64,000 bases of DNA from the human T2T-CHM13v2.0 reference genome, Homo sapiens (GCF_009914755.1 NC_060929.1), one strand, 5' to 3'; positions 25,804 through 45,075 are shown, counted from the stretch's first letter. Notes: generated by a model not told the origin, from the letters alone. Numbers and translations are program-made.

Positions 25804-26601
25804 CATACCTCTCAGCTACAGTGGGTGGGCTTGAAGTGGCTTCCCACTTGTGGTAAAAGAGTGCCGCTGAGTTAGGACTGTCTTGTCTGGGGATATGGGC
25901 TTGGTTCGCTCTTTGGAGAGCCTCTGTGAAGGCCTTTCCACCAGCCAGCAGTTTATCACGGGCATGCCACTTCAGCACAATTCCCTACCTTATTGAGCAT
26001 AGGCCTCTCGAAAATGGTCTTAGGTAGGCACTCACCCAGTAGAGTGCAAGTTAGAGATTTCCCCTTGTGGTGCTATTTTTTCCCTTTAGTTTTAAGAAAG
26101 AATTTTAAAATTTAAATCTTTATCTATCTGGAATTTATTATTGAATGAAGGAATAGAACTCAAACTAGGTAATATTCTTAACTATACTAAAATGAAAAGA
26201 AAAAAAATATGCAAACAGAAGAAATTCTTAAAAATCCCCAAACCTATTGACCAAATAATGATTATTTGCAACATTATTGGAGACAAAAAGCTTTTTGAAA
26301 CCATGTAGATAATTCCTATATGTTAATACAAAAAAAAATGCAAGGGAAACCAATTAACATACGGTAAAGTAGGTGTCCATGAAGTTTACAAATATTAAAT
26401 AAAAATATCTACTTCATTTAAGTACGTGAAAAGATGCTAAAACTCACATATTGTAAGAAAATGAGAAAAACTACGGTGAGAGAGCATTTACTTTCAGCTC
26501 CGATTTGCAACAATAAACAAAATTCTGGTAATACACTTGGAGAGCATGCGGAGTATGAGGCTCTCTCCCATGTTTGGTAGGATTCTAAACTGATACATCT
26601 C

Positions 26602-27168
26602 TGTGGCAGACACACTCATGATCTCTGTCTCTGGGAAACTAGGCCCTTGAGTAATCTGCTTGAATGTGGAGATGACCTGTCACATCCATCTAACCAAGAG
26701 AATACAACAATATACAGGACATACTTGATTATGTGTATATGATTACACTACATAAGATGTAACTTCTTTTGGGCTGAGAGATTCTCATGCTTGCTTGTTT
26801 CGTGACACAGGTGGTCATATGTATGTGGGGGTTTGGGGGTGGTTCACAATATAAAGAGCTGAGGATGACCCCTAGGAGCTGAGGATGATTTTCAGCCAAC
26901 TCTGCAAGAAAATTAGGCTTGCAGTCCTTAGGTGCAAGATAATGAATTCAGCCCACAAACCCAGTGATCTTGGAAGAGGATCCTTTCCCAGTTGGGCATT
27001 CAGTTGAGATTCTAGCCTCAGCTGATACCCCAACTGCAGCCTTGCAGATAACTCGGCTAAGTCAAGCCTGGACTGCTGTTTCATAGAAGCAGTGAGAAAA
27101 TAAATGTATATAGCTTTACTCTCATAAGTTTGTGATTTTTTGGTATGCAAAAATAAAAATCTAGTAAA
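26602..27168 (+). mobile_element. MLT1F-like MaLR LTR
   Basis: tgtggcagac start, gaattcagcccacaaacccagtgatcttggaagaggatcctt, and end gtgagaaaataaatgt...aagtttgtgattttttggtatgca. Confidence 0.75.
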
Positions 27169-27577
27169 GCATCTATGCAGATAAATTCAATGATATTTAT
27201 AGAAAGAAATATTAATAAACAATTTGAGCCAATAATACCTGTTTATGGAATGTGTCTTCCAGTTGTAGTATAGATATGTGCAAACATATATGTACAAAAT
27301 CATTTATTGTGGCAAGTTTTGTAATAACAGTAGTATGGAAAAAAATCCTCCATACACATAAATAAGCATCTAGTCATATATGGATAGATTATGGTATAAA
27401 CACTAAGGAACATTATAAGCAATAAGGATAGTACGAACATTTAAAACAACCTCCAAGATTATTTTTGAGTGAAAAATGGTTTTCAGAATAGTGTGTATGA
27501 GTATGCTGACAGCTGTAAAATGGCAAAATAATGCACAACATTAAGTCTGTATATATGTAGATTATCCCTGGAAAAAA

Positions 27578-27621
27578 TACTTTTAATTGCAAAAACCACA
27601 ATAACTTTTGCACCAACCGAA
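27578..27621. mobile_element. Half MADE1 (solo Hsmar1 TIR)
   Basis: tacttttaattgcaaaaaccacaataacttttgcaccaaccgaa followed by TA. Confidence 0.8.
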
Positions 27622-27949
27622 TAGCATAGAATTGGTAAAATGGGTTGCCTCTTTGAAAGGGTATGGGAGACTGAAGGATAAGGTTTAGAGTACAGTTTTT
27701 ACTTCATTTTGTAACTTTTATATTTTTATTATGTGCATGCATTTTATATTGAAATAAATTATTGTTTTTAAATGATATGAACTAGAAATAGATTTTATAA
27801 AATAATGGTCTTAAACTTCTTCAAGAAACTATAGCTAACTAATGTTTTCTAGACTGTATGACTATAGGGATAGTAAATTATTTGATGATTAATGTATTTC
27901 TGAAATTCTTGATGTTGTCAATGTTGTTTCATTTACTTTTTATGTATGT

Positions 27950-28570
27950 GCTGCATTATTTATTTACTCAACAAATAAATATTTGAGTGTTTGCAAGATG
28001 TTCTGCAACTTTAGGTTCTGTGAGAAATTCATACATGAATAAAATAAGATCCCTAGTCCCAGGACTTTATAATCTAGCAGGGGACATTAGAGCAGCAGCA
28101 ACTAACTATAATCAAGAAAATATGTGGTCAGAAACATAAATGAAGCGTGAGAGGTTTGTAGGCTTTTACAGAAATTTCTATCTCCTTTCTCGTGTTTTAG
28201 ACCCAGGAAGGAGAATACATTGAATCTGACGCTAAAGTATAGACGAAATATCAAAAATTTATGTGCATTAAAAAGGCATTTCGAACAGATGGCATGAGTC
28301 AAGCCACAGGTCTGTGGAAAACTGTCAGACATTCCTGGGAAGATGGCACATGGGCTTTCTGGCTAGAAGGCAGAGTTCTTGTAGATGTTCTTGTAGTGAA
28401 AAGCAGGAATAATGGCAAGTAAGAATTTTTTAGTAATGACTTGCGAGGTTCCTTGAAAGAAAGAAATTTTGTTTAATGTAAAGAAATAATGAGCAATACA
28501 AGATTTCCGAGCACAGTCATGGAACAGTCAGAACTGTGAATCAGCAATATTATTGTGACAGTGGTATTGA
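27950..28570 (-). mobile_element. L2 (L2c-like) 3' region
   Basis: ttactcaacaaata...tatttgagtg...atgaataaaataagatccctagtcccaggactttataatctag. Confidence 0.6.
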
Positions 28571-30287
28571 AGAGGCTTAGAGTGAGATCAGTTTTGGTTG
28601 CCTTGAATTTTGTTGTTGTTGCTGTTGTTGTTATATATGACTTGTAACTGGAGCAATCATATGAACATATGAAAGTGTAACTAAGTATTGTTGAGTTATT
28701 CTAGCTGAAGATTTTGGAATAGATATGATTTTCAGAAAAGGGGGGGAAGGGGAAAAGAGCATTTTGCAATCAGTCAATCATTTATTTGTTAAGTAAGTGA
28801 ATAATGCAGCAAGTACATAGAAAGAAAAAAGGTAGGGACCAACGAATCATGTTTGTGAAACATAATTTGAGGGACAAAATGAGTCATAAAAGCCTCTGGG
28901 GGAAATATGAGGAAGAACCTGAAATCTTACAGCATTAAAGTGAGGTGAGGAATTCACAAAGAAACACTCACACGTCATAATGAATTAACATCTTGTTGTC
29001 TGTGGTACAATTTTAATTTAAAATTAAATGTGGATATGAGCAATATGAACAAAAACTTATATTTCTGAAAAAATACCACAGTTTTAGCAATAGGAAAACT
29101 TCTATTAGGTTAATTATTACTATTTTGTAAATGATCAGTTTCCTATATTACACTGGAAAATATCTAACATCAATTCAATTTTATGTTGAAAATTATTTCA
29201 GCACAAAGTTTTCAATGTATAAACACATCTCTCTTTAGGGATTCACGTAGCCAAATGCATTTTTTTAAAAATTTCAAATGTAAGACTACATGGTAGTCCC
29301 AAAAACTTCCTTGCAGAGCTGATTTTTCTATTTCATAATTCAAAATACAAATATAAATTACTTGAATAGTTTATCAATCATATTATGAGAGAAATAAAAT
29401 AAAGAATTATCAATTGTTAGGTAATTTTAGAGCTTCTTTTAACAGTAAAGGGAAAAAAGGAAAAGATTAAAAAGAATCCCTCAGCAGCCTTCATTAACAT
29501 TCAAATAGATTACAGTTGAACTTCCAATGAATTTCATACATTCATTTGCATGTCAAGTTTTCACAGCATAACTTCTTTTTTAACAAAAGATAAGCTGTGC
29601 TTCAACCTCTATTACTGTTATCAGCGTGTCCTATCACAGTGCCAACGCTTTTCTCTCAAGGCAAAATGCCACTGTACTCTAGTTTTTTTTTAGAAATTAT
29701 TTCCTGTCCAATCAGCTTTGCAATCAGTCTAAATTCCTACTATGTGAAAGAAAATCTGGTAGGCATTTATTTAGGAAAGGAGAATGTAGAGAGCATCTTT
29801 TAATGTGAAACATTATGATGGGTGTTGGAAATACCATGCTATAGAAAGCAGACATAGTTCCTGCTTTCTATTAGAATTAAATTAGAGTGTTTTTTGGTAG
29901 ACAGACACTTCGCAAATAACTCCTGACAAACTAAGGACTATGAGAATTAAGAATGCTAGCAAGGGGTTGAGGAATACTAAGATAAGACCCATTCCTGAAC
30001 TCAACCGTAACATCAATTGTTGGAAATAAGTTTAGAAGAAGAATTGTTTATATAAATGTTAGTGTCATTTAGAGAGGTAGAAAATACATGAGAAGACATT
30101 TGTGGTGGAGGATGTTTTAGGAAAAATTATCCCAGTAGCCTCCCAAGTATAGCATTAAGCAAGCTATTTTAGACATTATGAAAAATAAATGTTCATGGAC
30201 CATTTAGATTAAGATACTAATGTTACATCCTTGTTTAATTCATTCATGACACACAAAGCCAGACAAGAAGAAAAAGATGGGGTGAGA

Positions 30288-30433
30288 TAACTTTATGATA
30301 GGGTACAAGAGGAGGGAAGGATTATGCTACCAGAATCCTGTGTTTTCCAATGTTCATAAGTCCTAACTTTATGATAGGGTACAAGAGGAGAGAAGGACTA
30401 TGGAATCCTGTGTTTTGCAATGTTCATCAGTCC
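30288..30433. repeat. Tandem duplication, 76-bp and 70-bp units
   Basis: taactttatgatagggtacaagaggag...gaatcctgtgtttt(c/g)caatgttcat(a/c)agtcc occurs at 30288-30363 and 30364-30433. Confidence 0.93.
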
Positions 30434-31059
30434 TATATCTCTGAGATACACCAATCTCCACTGGTGGGGTAACTATAAGGAGAAAACTGAGGTTAAACTA
30501 AGGAATTCAGCAGTCAAATTATGCCTGGAACCAACCAATACAGTATTGATCAAGTATGTCGACCATGGCTGTTACTTGCTTACCAATGAGCTTGATGAAT
30601 AGCTCTAAGTCTCATATTAGTTTCTAGTAGAGCACGGGGACAAAATAGGACTATCATGTCATCAAACAGTGGCCAATTTGGGAATGACATAGCTGTTTCT
30701 CTGGAGTTGGCATGATCCCGAACTCACAATTGGGCCTTTTCATCCTTTCTGTCTACAAGTAACACTTGCATTTGCCCTACCTATGTTTTTTCAATCACAT
30801 ATTGCATTCCGCTATGGATTTTTAACATGTCTTAGAGATTACTAAGCTGCTATTCATACCTACTGTATGTCTCATAAGATGCTTACTTGCTTACTCTCTC
30901 TCTAATTAACATGTCTTATAAATTTGCCTACATCTCAGACTACTCATGTGTTTATTCTCTATAGTTAGCCATTCTTATGAGTTTTATTTATAGTATTTGT
31001 TTTTCTTTTCTTTAAAAATATAGTATTTTTACAGAAATAGAACAAAAATCTGGACAGCG

Positions 31060-32400
31060 GGAAAAGAATATTGGGTTGATTTGGGATGTTTCATTTTGAG
31101 GTATCCATGTGAAAATTCAGAGAAGGCAGCTGGGTTTATGAGTAGTTTAAGAGGAAGACATAAATAAGGAGGTTTGCTTGGGGGAAAAAATTGGAGACAC
31201 GAGGATTATTATGAAGTCCCAGGAAGAGAATGTAGAGAGAGAGATAAAGTAGCCTATGGCCAATTCCTGATGAACCTCAAGTTTTATTGCCAAATAAAAG
31301 ATAAGCAATGGCTAAAGAATCAGAAAGAAAGTCAGGAATTTAGTTCTATAAAGACTAGCAGAAGAAACAGAAAATGTGATCAACCTCCACACGAGGAAAG
31401 TGGTCACTTCTGGCAAATGAGTAAACAATGGGTAATGACGAGGCTCCAACATTGTCCATTAGTTTCGTTGTCATGGCATTCATGTTTATGCCTGGGTAAA
31501 GCTCTCCAGCATAATGGCAAGGGAACGGAGACACAGTGAAGATTCCTGATCAATAAATGTGTGGTGACAAAGTGGAAACAGCAGCTACTCTAGACGACTC
31601 TTGCAAAAAGTTGAAAATAGAAGAAATACCTGGAGGAGTATGTGGGATTAATAGAAAATTTTTTTTTTTCACATGAGAGAATAAGGAAGGATTAGATAAT
31701 GTGAAGGCAAGAGATGGGAAAACAGAAGACAGATGGCAGAGGTGGCTTTTGTACTAGATGGACAAAATGTTACTCCATTGGCATAGGGAGTCAGAAAGAA
31801 AGGACAGGGCTGATGTGCTTCAGTTTTTACATTTGCTGATTGAAAGTTGAGAAAATTACAATCTGATGATTTATGTTTTCTCTGAAGTAGAATGCCAATT
31901 TTAAAAATGTATGCCTATGAGTGTGTTTAATGGTGTTGAGGATCCCGTCAGGTTAGGAACCATAATTTAGGTCTTACCAATTATCCCAATTGTGTGAATT
32001 TATTTTTTTAATTGAGCAATCTTATTAGGTGCAAGCATAGAGTAGACTAGTGGCTTGTCTAGAATGGGAATATAGGCAGATGACATGAAGACAGATGAAT
32101 GATAATTTAAATTATCCTCAATAGAGTGGTTGAAATGATAGACTTTGGAATCTAAGTTAGAAAGAAAATGAAGAAAAATGGGCTGATATTCAGAAAAACT
32201 TTGTAGGTTAATTGGCTGGTGGTCTTAAACATTTCAAACCCAAAATAGTTCCAGACGACGACAAATTTCAGAAAGGGACTATAAATAGACACTGAATTGA
32301 GTGAAGTAGACATTAGAAATTAGGATGATTTGAAATTGAGAAGTCAGCATGCTGGGAGTCATACAGGTGAACAGAGAATTCATGCAGAATACAGTGTGCA
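31060..32400 (-). mobile_element. L2 body, decayed
   Basis: Purine-rich antisense L2 text (ttttgaggtatccatg...aggcagctggg; tgtccattag...; atctgatgatttatgttttctctgaagtag). Confidence 0.55.
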
Positions 32401-32499
32401 TTATACTGGAGGTGAATTTCTAAATGTGAGAACCTTGAATTCTTTAGAATTACCTATTAGGTCATGATGTAACATGCTTTTAAAATGTTTCTCCTTTTT

Positions 32500-35150
<2,651 letters not shown>

Positions 35151-35329
35151 CTTATGAAAACTGGAAACCTAACAGGGTGTAAGAAGAATAAATTAAGATA
35201 AAGAATTCACATTAAGTTTATGCTTGTCGGTCTCATTAAGACACTGTCTTTAGTTGCACTATAGCATTATTTTAAAAACTAGTTTTAAATAAGTTATAAA
35301 GTCAGTATCCTCTAGTTAAAATGCCTGGT

Positions 35330-35970
35330 GAGTGCATGCAAGTTTTGAGTGAACTCAGTCCACAGAACTTCCCTCTTTTCTGACATCAGCTGCAGAGTTT
35401 GAGGATTCCCAAGACCACCATTAGATTTGATAATCTTCTAGAAGAGTCCACAGAACTCAGTGACCACTGTTATAGTTATGTATTATTTCAAGGAAAGGAC
35501 ACAGATCAAAATCATCAAAGGGAAAAAATACATGTGGCAGACTCCAGGAAGTTTCTAAACATGAAGCTCCAGGCTATTCTCTCCCCACATAGTTATGGAC
35601 AGTGTTAAGTTCTCCTAGCAAAGATGGGTGACAACACATACTGAACACTGCAAACCAAGGAAGCTTACCCAAGATTTGGTGTCCAGAGGCTTTATTGAAG
35701 CTGCGTGGTCCACTGACTACATGGCTCACCTCAACCTTAATCTCCACTCTAGCCCCTCTGGAGGCTGAGTGGATATTGAATGACCAAATCCCCCACTGAC
35801 ACACCTACCACTCCATGAGCCGCAGTATTAGATTTTCTGTCATGGTCCAAAGACCCTAAACAAAGACATGTATATCAGGCAAGACATTCCAAGGGCTTAG
35901 AGATCACCTCCTTGAAGCTAGGGCAAAGCTCAGACTTTTATTTGGGAAAAGCTAAATTCTTCACCATACA
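35330..35970 (-). mobile_element. MER21-type LTR
   Basis: ccaagaccacc...tttgataat...cacagaactcag and gacattccaagggcttagagatcacctcc...aaattcttcaccataca. Confidence 0.75.
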
Positions 35971-37574
35971 GTATATCTTTCTCTTTCTTTTTATTTTCAA
36001 TCAGTATTTACAGGTTTTATGTCTGGATCAAGAATTTTAGCATCACTATGGTCAACCTATATTATTAAATATTTATTAGTCAAATGTGTACTCTGTTGAA
36101 ATTTGTCCTTGCTAAATTTTCAGATATTTGTATACACTATTACTAGTTGTACAAATAAATTCATTTTTTAAAATTTTAGATGTGAGAAGGGAATTTATTT
36201 GAGCAATTTGGGATACACTTAGGCAAAGACAAATTGATGAAAAGGAAGTGGTTATTTGGGTTGTCGGCAGCAGGTCAAATATTCTAAAAGTGATTTAAGC
36301 AGTGGAGTGAAATAGTGAATTCTGAACTCTGTGCAAGATTAGAGTGAAACAGATGGAAAACAGTTTTTTTATGGTTATGGGAGACCAAAGGTAAAATTAG
36401 AAATAATGATATTCCTGTTAGTTACAATTTTTTGTTTGATAATTGTTGCCGGAATGAGATTGAGAAGTGCAGTGAAAATATCAACAAATGTCATGAACTT
36501 TTCAGACATGGTGAGCTATTATAATTATAGAAGGTTAGACTAAATAACTGATGAAGAACTCCCATTTGTAAAATTTTATTAGCTTGTTATATAAGGACAA
36601 TTTTTGAAACGATAATCCAGATACCTACTTTCAAATCCCAATTATTTTTAAGAAGATTTTAGCCTAAGGCAATGCACTTAAATTGACCAAATATTTATTA
36701 AGTGTGTACTATATTCCTGGAAATAAAGATGTGAGATTCAAATGAGGTTTACAGATATAAAATTATGTGAGTTTTTAGTTTGTTGTCATATATTAATTTA
36801 TTTGTACTAAATATTTTTGAACATTTAATATGTGTTAAGAAATGTCAGATTTGGGAGTTTAATGATAAACAGAATGCATCTCTTTCTGTCTAAAATTTCA
36901 TCTCCAAAAGTCAAAAAACAGACAGAAACAACTGTACCATAATGTGATGAGTATTATAATAAAATCTTATAATAGAAGATCCTAGATGAACTCAATACAT
37001 TCTGAACACAGAACTTACTTCAGAAGCAACGGTGTCAATGCATATAGTCTAAAAAGTCTCACAGTTCTTAACAAATTCTACATAGTTTTATCTATACTAT
37101 TTGATCCCAACTTAGCTCTACAATCAAAACATCATCATTGTCAATAATCAAAATGCGGCAAAAGTATACTATTAGAAACATCTTTTGTGGTAGAAACAAA
37201 ATAGACAAACCATAGTGAAAAGTCCACTATATTTAATACTTTGTAAACAACCAACATTCATTGAATTGAACTAAATAATGCCCCTAACATTGCTAAATGA
37301 TGCATTAGCTTAAATATGTTCAAAATAAATCATGTTTTGAATTCAAAGACACACACACAATATGCACAGGCTGTGTGTGTACATAAAATAATGGTTACAT
37401 TTCAGTGGATTTCATTCTGCTCCTTGAAGTCTTCCAATAGCCTGAAGTCAGGAACTCCCTTACTTATTTATATATATCTTCATTTGCATTTAAATATATA
37501 TAATATTTCTCTTGTATTCCCTTTTCAATACTCGGTAAGAATATTGCATCAACAATAATTAGTCTAGATAATAA

Positions 37575-39655
<2,081 letters not shown>

Positions 39656-40900
39656 AAACAATTAGTCATCTTAAAAGTCTCTTCTAGGGTATCATTCATT
39701 CTTTTCTGATTAGAAACAATATGTATGATTAAGACTGCTGTTAAAGTCCCATAAAATATTAATCAAACATATGAAGTTCTGGTTAAAAATGTCCAGTGCA
39801 GGTTAATTTTTGTTGCTGTCCTTGGCCTTCATTGATTGCTTCCTATAACCATAACGTTTCACTAGAGAGAACTCATGGAGAATGTAAAAGGAGCCAGTAG
39901 TGAACTGGATTTGTTTCCCTCTATGAGAATCAGATATTCATATAAAGTTGAAGAGTTGTTTTCTTTGTTTTAATGTAAAATTTCAATTGTACAAGTGTAT
40001 ATTTATCTCCTATCATCATGAAGTTGCATGTATTATAAAGCTTTTTGGATACATATTTTTTTCTTGTTCAGTAAAGGTAAAAAGCAATCTTCTGCCTATT
40101 TTATTTACACTTCACAAAATAATATAATTTGAGCATACACTGAAAATAACATATTCATTATAATCACAATAAAATAGAAGCTTTCTGTCTGAATACAGCT
40201 CGGTATGTATTATCAAGAAAAAAAAACATGATCAGGTACCTTAAATTAAAATCATATTCCCACGGAACATTCTATTCTTTGAGTAGTATTACATTTCTTT
40301 CTGGAGTGCTTTTTAGTGATGTTATTGAATTTATATGTCTATACTACTGAAATAGCCTCCTCATGATTTAGAGGAGCAAAAGCTTGCGATACCTAACTCT
40401 GTAGTTCATTTAATTTTTCATTTGAATCTCAGTTTATCAAAACATTCTATAATGTATTCTTCTAATTGTTGAAAATGATAAAAATGTAAGGAACATGTGC
40501 ATCTCACATACAGATAATGTAGAATTTCAGTGTCACTGAAAAAAATCTGTGCTTTAGTGATAAGTAGAAAATTATAGAAACTCTTGAGGAATTTCAGCTT
40601 TAATTGAATTTGATTATATTATAATATATAATCTGAAAAGTCCAGATGAAATAATATAATGCAATATAATCAGAAAAATATAATATCATAAAAATCCAGA
40701 TAAAAATAGAGTATGAACAAATTACTTGTATATATTCTAGCATAAAACTAATAAAAAATACATTTGCAGGGCCAGCAACTATTTTAACATGATTTCTCAA
40801 TTTTTAAAAAATGGGATAAATTCAAACTCACCAATAAAATATAGAGTTAAAATTTGAATTAAAAATATTGTATCCAGGTGGAAAATTAGAAGTATTAAGT

Positions 40901-40957
40901 ACTATTTATTTGATTCCTATTTAAAGGCATAAGTTAAATAGGAATCAAATAAATAGT
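40901..40957. repeat. Perfect inverted repeat, 24-bp arms and 9-nt loop
   Basis: actatttatttgattcctatttaa (40901-40924), aggcataag, ttaaataggaatcaaataaatagt (40934-40957). Confidence 0.95.
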
Positions 40958-41071
40958 TCCAAATAAACAGTAAAGCAAAATTAGAGCATATCTCACTGTT
41001 TTTTAGAATTTCGTTTCACCATTCATGTAGCTAATGTCTTGGATTCTACTGTTCATACAAAACATGGTTAC

Positions 41072-41890
41072 TATGTAAGTTAGGATTTTTTAGAGAAACA
41101 GAAGCAATAGGAGAAGTATTTATTTATCTATGTATTTATGTATTTATTTATCTATTATTATGAAGTTTGGGATCACCCAATTTTGCAGGCTGAGAAATCT
41201 GCAGTCTGCAAGCTGAAAATCTCAGAAAGGCCTGAGAAGGGGACCAGGTGGTACAAATCCCAGACCAAGGCTGGGAGGAGGCTGGTGTCCCAGTGTAACA
41301 GGCAGGCTGGAAGGGGAGGAATGTCCCCTTCCTCCACTGCTTTTTTCCATTAAGGTCCTCAAAGGATTGAACGGTGCCCACCCACATTGAGGAGGACAAT
41401 CTATTTCACTGAGTTCACCAATCTACATACTAACCTCATGTCAACAGCATCACCGACATATTCAGCGATATGATTTGGCGGTGTCCCCACCCAAATCTCA
41501 TCTTGAATGTAGCGCCCATAATTCCCATGTGTTGTGGGAGAGACCCAATGGGAGATAACTGAATCATGAGGGCGGTTTCTCCCACACTGTTCTCATGGTA
41601 GTGAATAAGTCTCATGAGATCTGATGGTTTTACAAGGGGAAATCCCTTTTACTTGGTTCTCATATTTCTCTTGCCTGCTGCCATGTAAGACATGCCTTTC
41701 GCCTTCTGCCATGATTGTGAGGCCTCCCCAGGCATTGGGAACTGTAAGTCCATTAAACCTTTTTTTCTTTGTAAATTACCAGTCTCAGGTATGTGTTTAT
41801 CAGTAGCATGAAATCGGACTAATACACTCAGAAACAACGTTTACTTGGGCACTCCACACACTCAAGGGGACACATGAATTAACCACCACA
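41072..41890 (-). mobile_element. MLT2-family LTR interrupted by THE1B
   Basis: agagaaacagaagcaatagga...ggattgaacggtgcccacccacattgaggagg..., ending acacatgaattaaccaccaca. Confidence 0.75.
41466..41826 (+). mobile_element. THE1B-like MaLR solo LTR
   Basis: (t/c)gatatgatttggcggtgtccccacccaaatctcatcttgaat ... gcatgaaatcggactaataca. TSD ttcag/ctcag. Confidence 0.9.
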
Positions 41891-41989
41891 ATTTGCCTTG
41901 TATCCTCAGTTCAGGAATCATCAGCAGAATTCTTGGGTACGCTATTTCCTTAGAAGTTAATTTATTTCATTTAAGTTTCTACCCAAATT

Positions 41990-42245
41990 CACTTTAGCAG
42001 AATGGACTTCCCTGACAATTCTTTCTAAAACATTGACCCATCACTTACTCTGTTTTATTTTTCAAAAGTAAAGCACTTATAACTATCTTGCACAGCATGT
42101 CTGAGTTTGCTTATTTAGCCATTGTCTGTCTCCCTGCACTGGAATATAAGCCCCCTCTGAGTAAGGCTTTAGTCTGTTTCTTTCCCGTAGCAGCATCCTC
42201 AGGACATCGTTCAGGTGCTCAATAAATATTTACTGAATGAGTGAA
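41990..42245 (+). mobile_element. L2 3' end
   Basis: tgtctgtctccc...gaatataagc...gtgctcaataaatatttactgaatgagtgaa. Confidence 0.7.
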
Positions 42246-42502
42246 CAGATTTGTGGTTGAATGAAGGACACAATGATTATTTTATCACACAGGCAGTGAG
42301 CTTTCTTGTATTTGAGGACCACGTTTAATTCAACTTCTCCAAACTAGCAACCAATATTCCTATTACTACTTTTTTCAAAGCCAAATGTTACCTCCACTGT
42401 GTATCCATTGAGGTTTCACTATGTCGCTCAATAAAATCTCTCTAATGAACTCAGATGCACCCTCCATCCATATTCTACATTTCTGCAAGTTGTTGAAAGG
42501 GC

Positions 42503-43055
<553 letters not shown>

Positions 43056-43274
43056 AGTGGACTGTGACTATCAGAAATGTTCTGTGTCATCTGTGGTACT
43101 TGCGTAACAGTTGAACATGGCCACAGAGGATACACTACCTTCTGATTGAATTGATTTGGACTCTTGACCTAAACATTCAGAGCAGAGGATTCAAATTCTT
43201 TCAAGCATTTCTACAGTGCCTTAAATCAGCTTCCGTACCACAAGGGATCAGTAAAATGATGAAAGGACTGACAT

Positions 43275-43620
43275 AATTTAACAGAAAATGTGGTATGTAC
43301 TTTCATTCAAAGAAATACTATGCACCTATTAATAATGATGAGGTACAACATATGTATTTAAGAATGACAGTAACTAGAAGGCATAAATTGTTATTATTTC
43401 TAAAAAGTAGAATATGAGAAAGTGTGACCTGTGATTACTTTTGTTTTATTTGTGTATTATATGTTCACATATAACATCAGAAGACATGCTCCAAAAGGGT
43501 GGCCATAGAGATTTCTGTATTGGAAGATCACATGTTCTTTTTAATTTACTTTTGGTTCATATGCATTTTCTAATGTTTTTACAATGAGTATATGTTACAT
43601 AAATCAGAAGAAAATAGTAA
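43275..43620 (+). mobile_element. L1ME-type 3' end
   Basis: aaatgtggtatg...gaaatactatgcacctatt and tgcattttctaatgtttttacaatgagtatatgttac. Confidence 0.55.
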
Positions 43621-44869
43621 CAACACCACCAACAAAAATAATCAGTTCTTTTGTTTCTGTTTGTAGTCTTCTGGTCTAGCATCTCCAAGAGAGGAAATCT
43701 ATGGTCACTCTCCTTAGTAGCAATATGTTATTAGTGTCAGCAGCTAAGTGAGCCTAATGTAGCTATTTCAAACTAATGAATGGAAATAGCAGCCTTTTTC
43801 TCCTACCTTTTTCTTCTTCAATCATACTCTTCAAGCTTGGTGCTACTCACATCCCCTTTCATCCCCCTCACCCTCCTCTGAAGTCACACCAATTCATTAT
43901 GTTAATAATATTCAGTACTCCGTAAACAAGAGAGAGTCTGAGGAGCTCCAATAATCAGTGAACACTTTCTTTTTTCCTGGGAGTGCCACAGTCATGTGAG
44001 GATTATGCAGAGTAGTAGCGTTTATATGGCTTTGGGGTGCTATGCAGGGCCTGGCATAAGAAGGAAGAATCCAGCCCTTTAAATAATAATAAAGATGATG
44101 GAATATTTTAAGAAATATTTAATTTCTCTTATGAGAAAGCAAGTGTAATTAAGAAGCCAAGCCAAAGTGGAATAAAAGTGAGATTCCCTGTAGGTTAAAA
44201 ACCAATGTAGATGCAGGGATAATGCATTGGGTTTTCTGATTTGTTTTAATTAAATTCATGTGGTTTTTATCCTCCATGAACCCAGCATTTTTTAAGTGAG
44301 GGTAAAACTCCCAAGTTTAGACAGAAACACTTGTTCATAATACATTAAGCTAATCTTTTGTATTTTCTTAGTGACACTGTAATATTTTCCTCTGAAAAAC
44401 AACAAGTCATTGTTTTATTAAGACATGAATGCTTTTAAACTGATACATTAGGAATCTGTTTCAGAAGAGATGTCATTTTGTTCTCTAAAATTCTATGCTT
44501 ATATAAATCTTTTCTTTCTTTGATTTGTATTAATGGAGGCATTGCCAGATATAAAATTTCCTCAGTTAGGTAGTATCCTGAGTATCCTACCTGAGATTTT
44601 AGCAAAGCTGTGGAGAAGGTTCCCACATTGGGGAAGAAGTGGAGAGACCATTGTTCACAGCACTGTAGGGTTCTGGCTTTTCCTATCTATCCAACTATTA
44701 AATTAAATTTGAGTTGATGGGAGACACGCTTTTATTAAAGTGCTATGTGATTCCTCATTTTGCACCCTTCTGAAATTCATGTATTGTTATTTAGTTTTAA
44801 TTTTCAAAGATATTTCATTAGTATATTAGCTAATTAAATTATGCAGATAATAAAGAATAGTAGATAATC

Positions 44870-45075
44870 CCCCAAATACAATCATGGCTTCCATTTAATA
44901 AGTTTGATGTAGGTCTCTGGAGTACATTTAATTTAATCTTTATGTCCATTTCATAGGTGAATGAAATAAGATTTGGTGAAATTAATTCACTTGCAATTTT
45001 GCACAGGAACTTTTAGGGAAAAACTAAAACATCATTGCAGATCAGTCTGACTTTGAGCCTGTTCATCTCACCCCT
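44870..45075 (-). mobile_element. MIR
   Basis: tatgtccatttcataggtgaatgaaataag...ttaattcacttgc...cagtctgactttgagcctg. Confidence 0.55.

Larger units (their letters stand above)
26150..27770 (+). mobile_element. Old L1ME-type 3' region, interrupted by an MLT1 LTR and a half MADE1
   Basis: 3'UTR-like text (tcatttattgtggcaagttttgtaataac; agattatggtataaacac; ccaagattatttttgagtgaaaaa). Confidence 0.55.
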
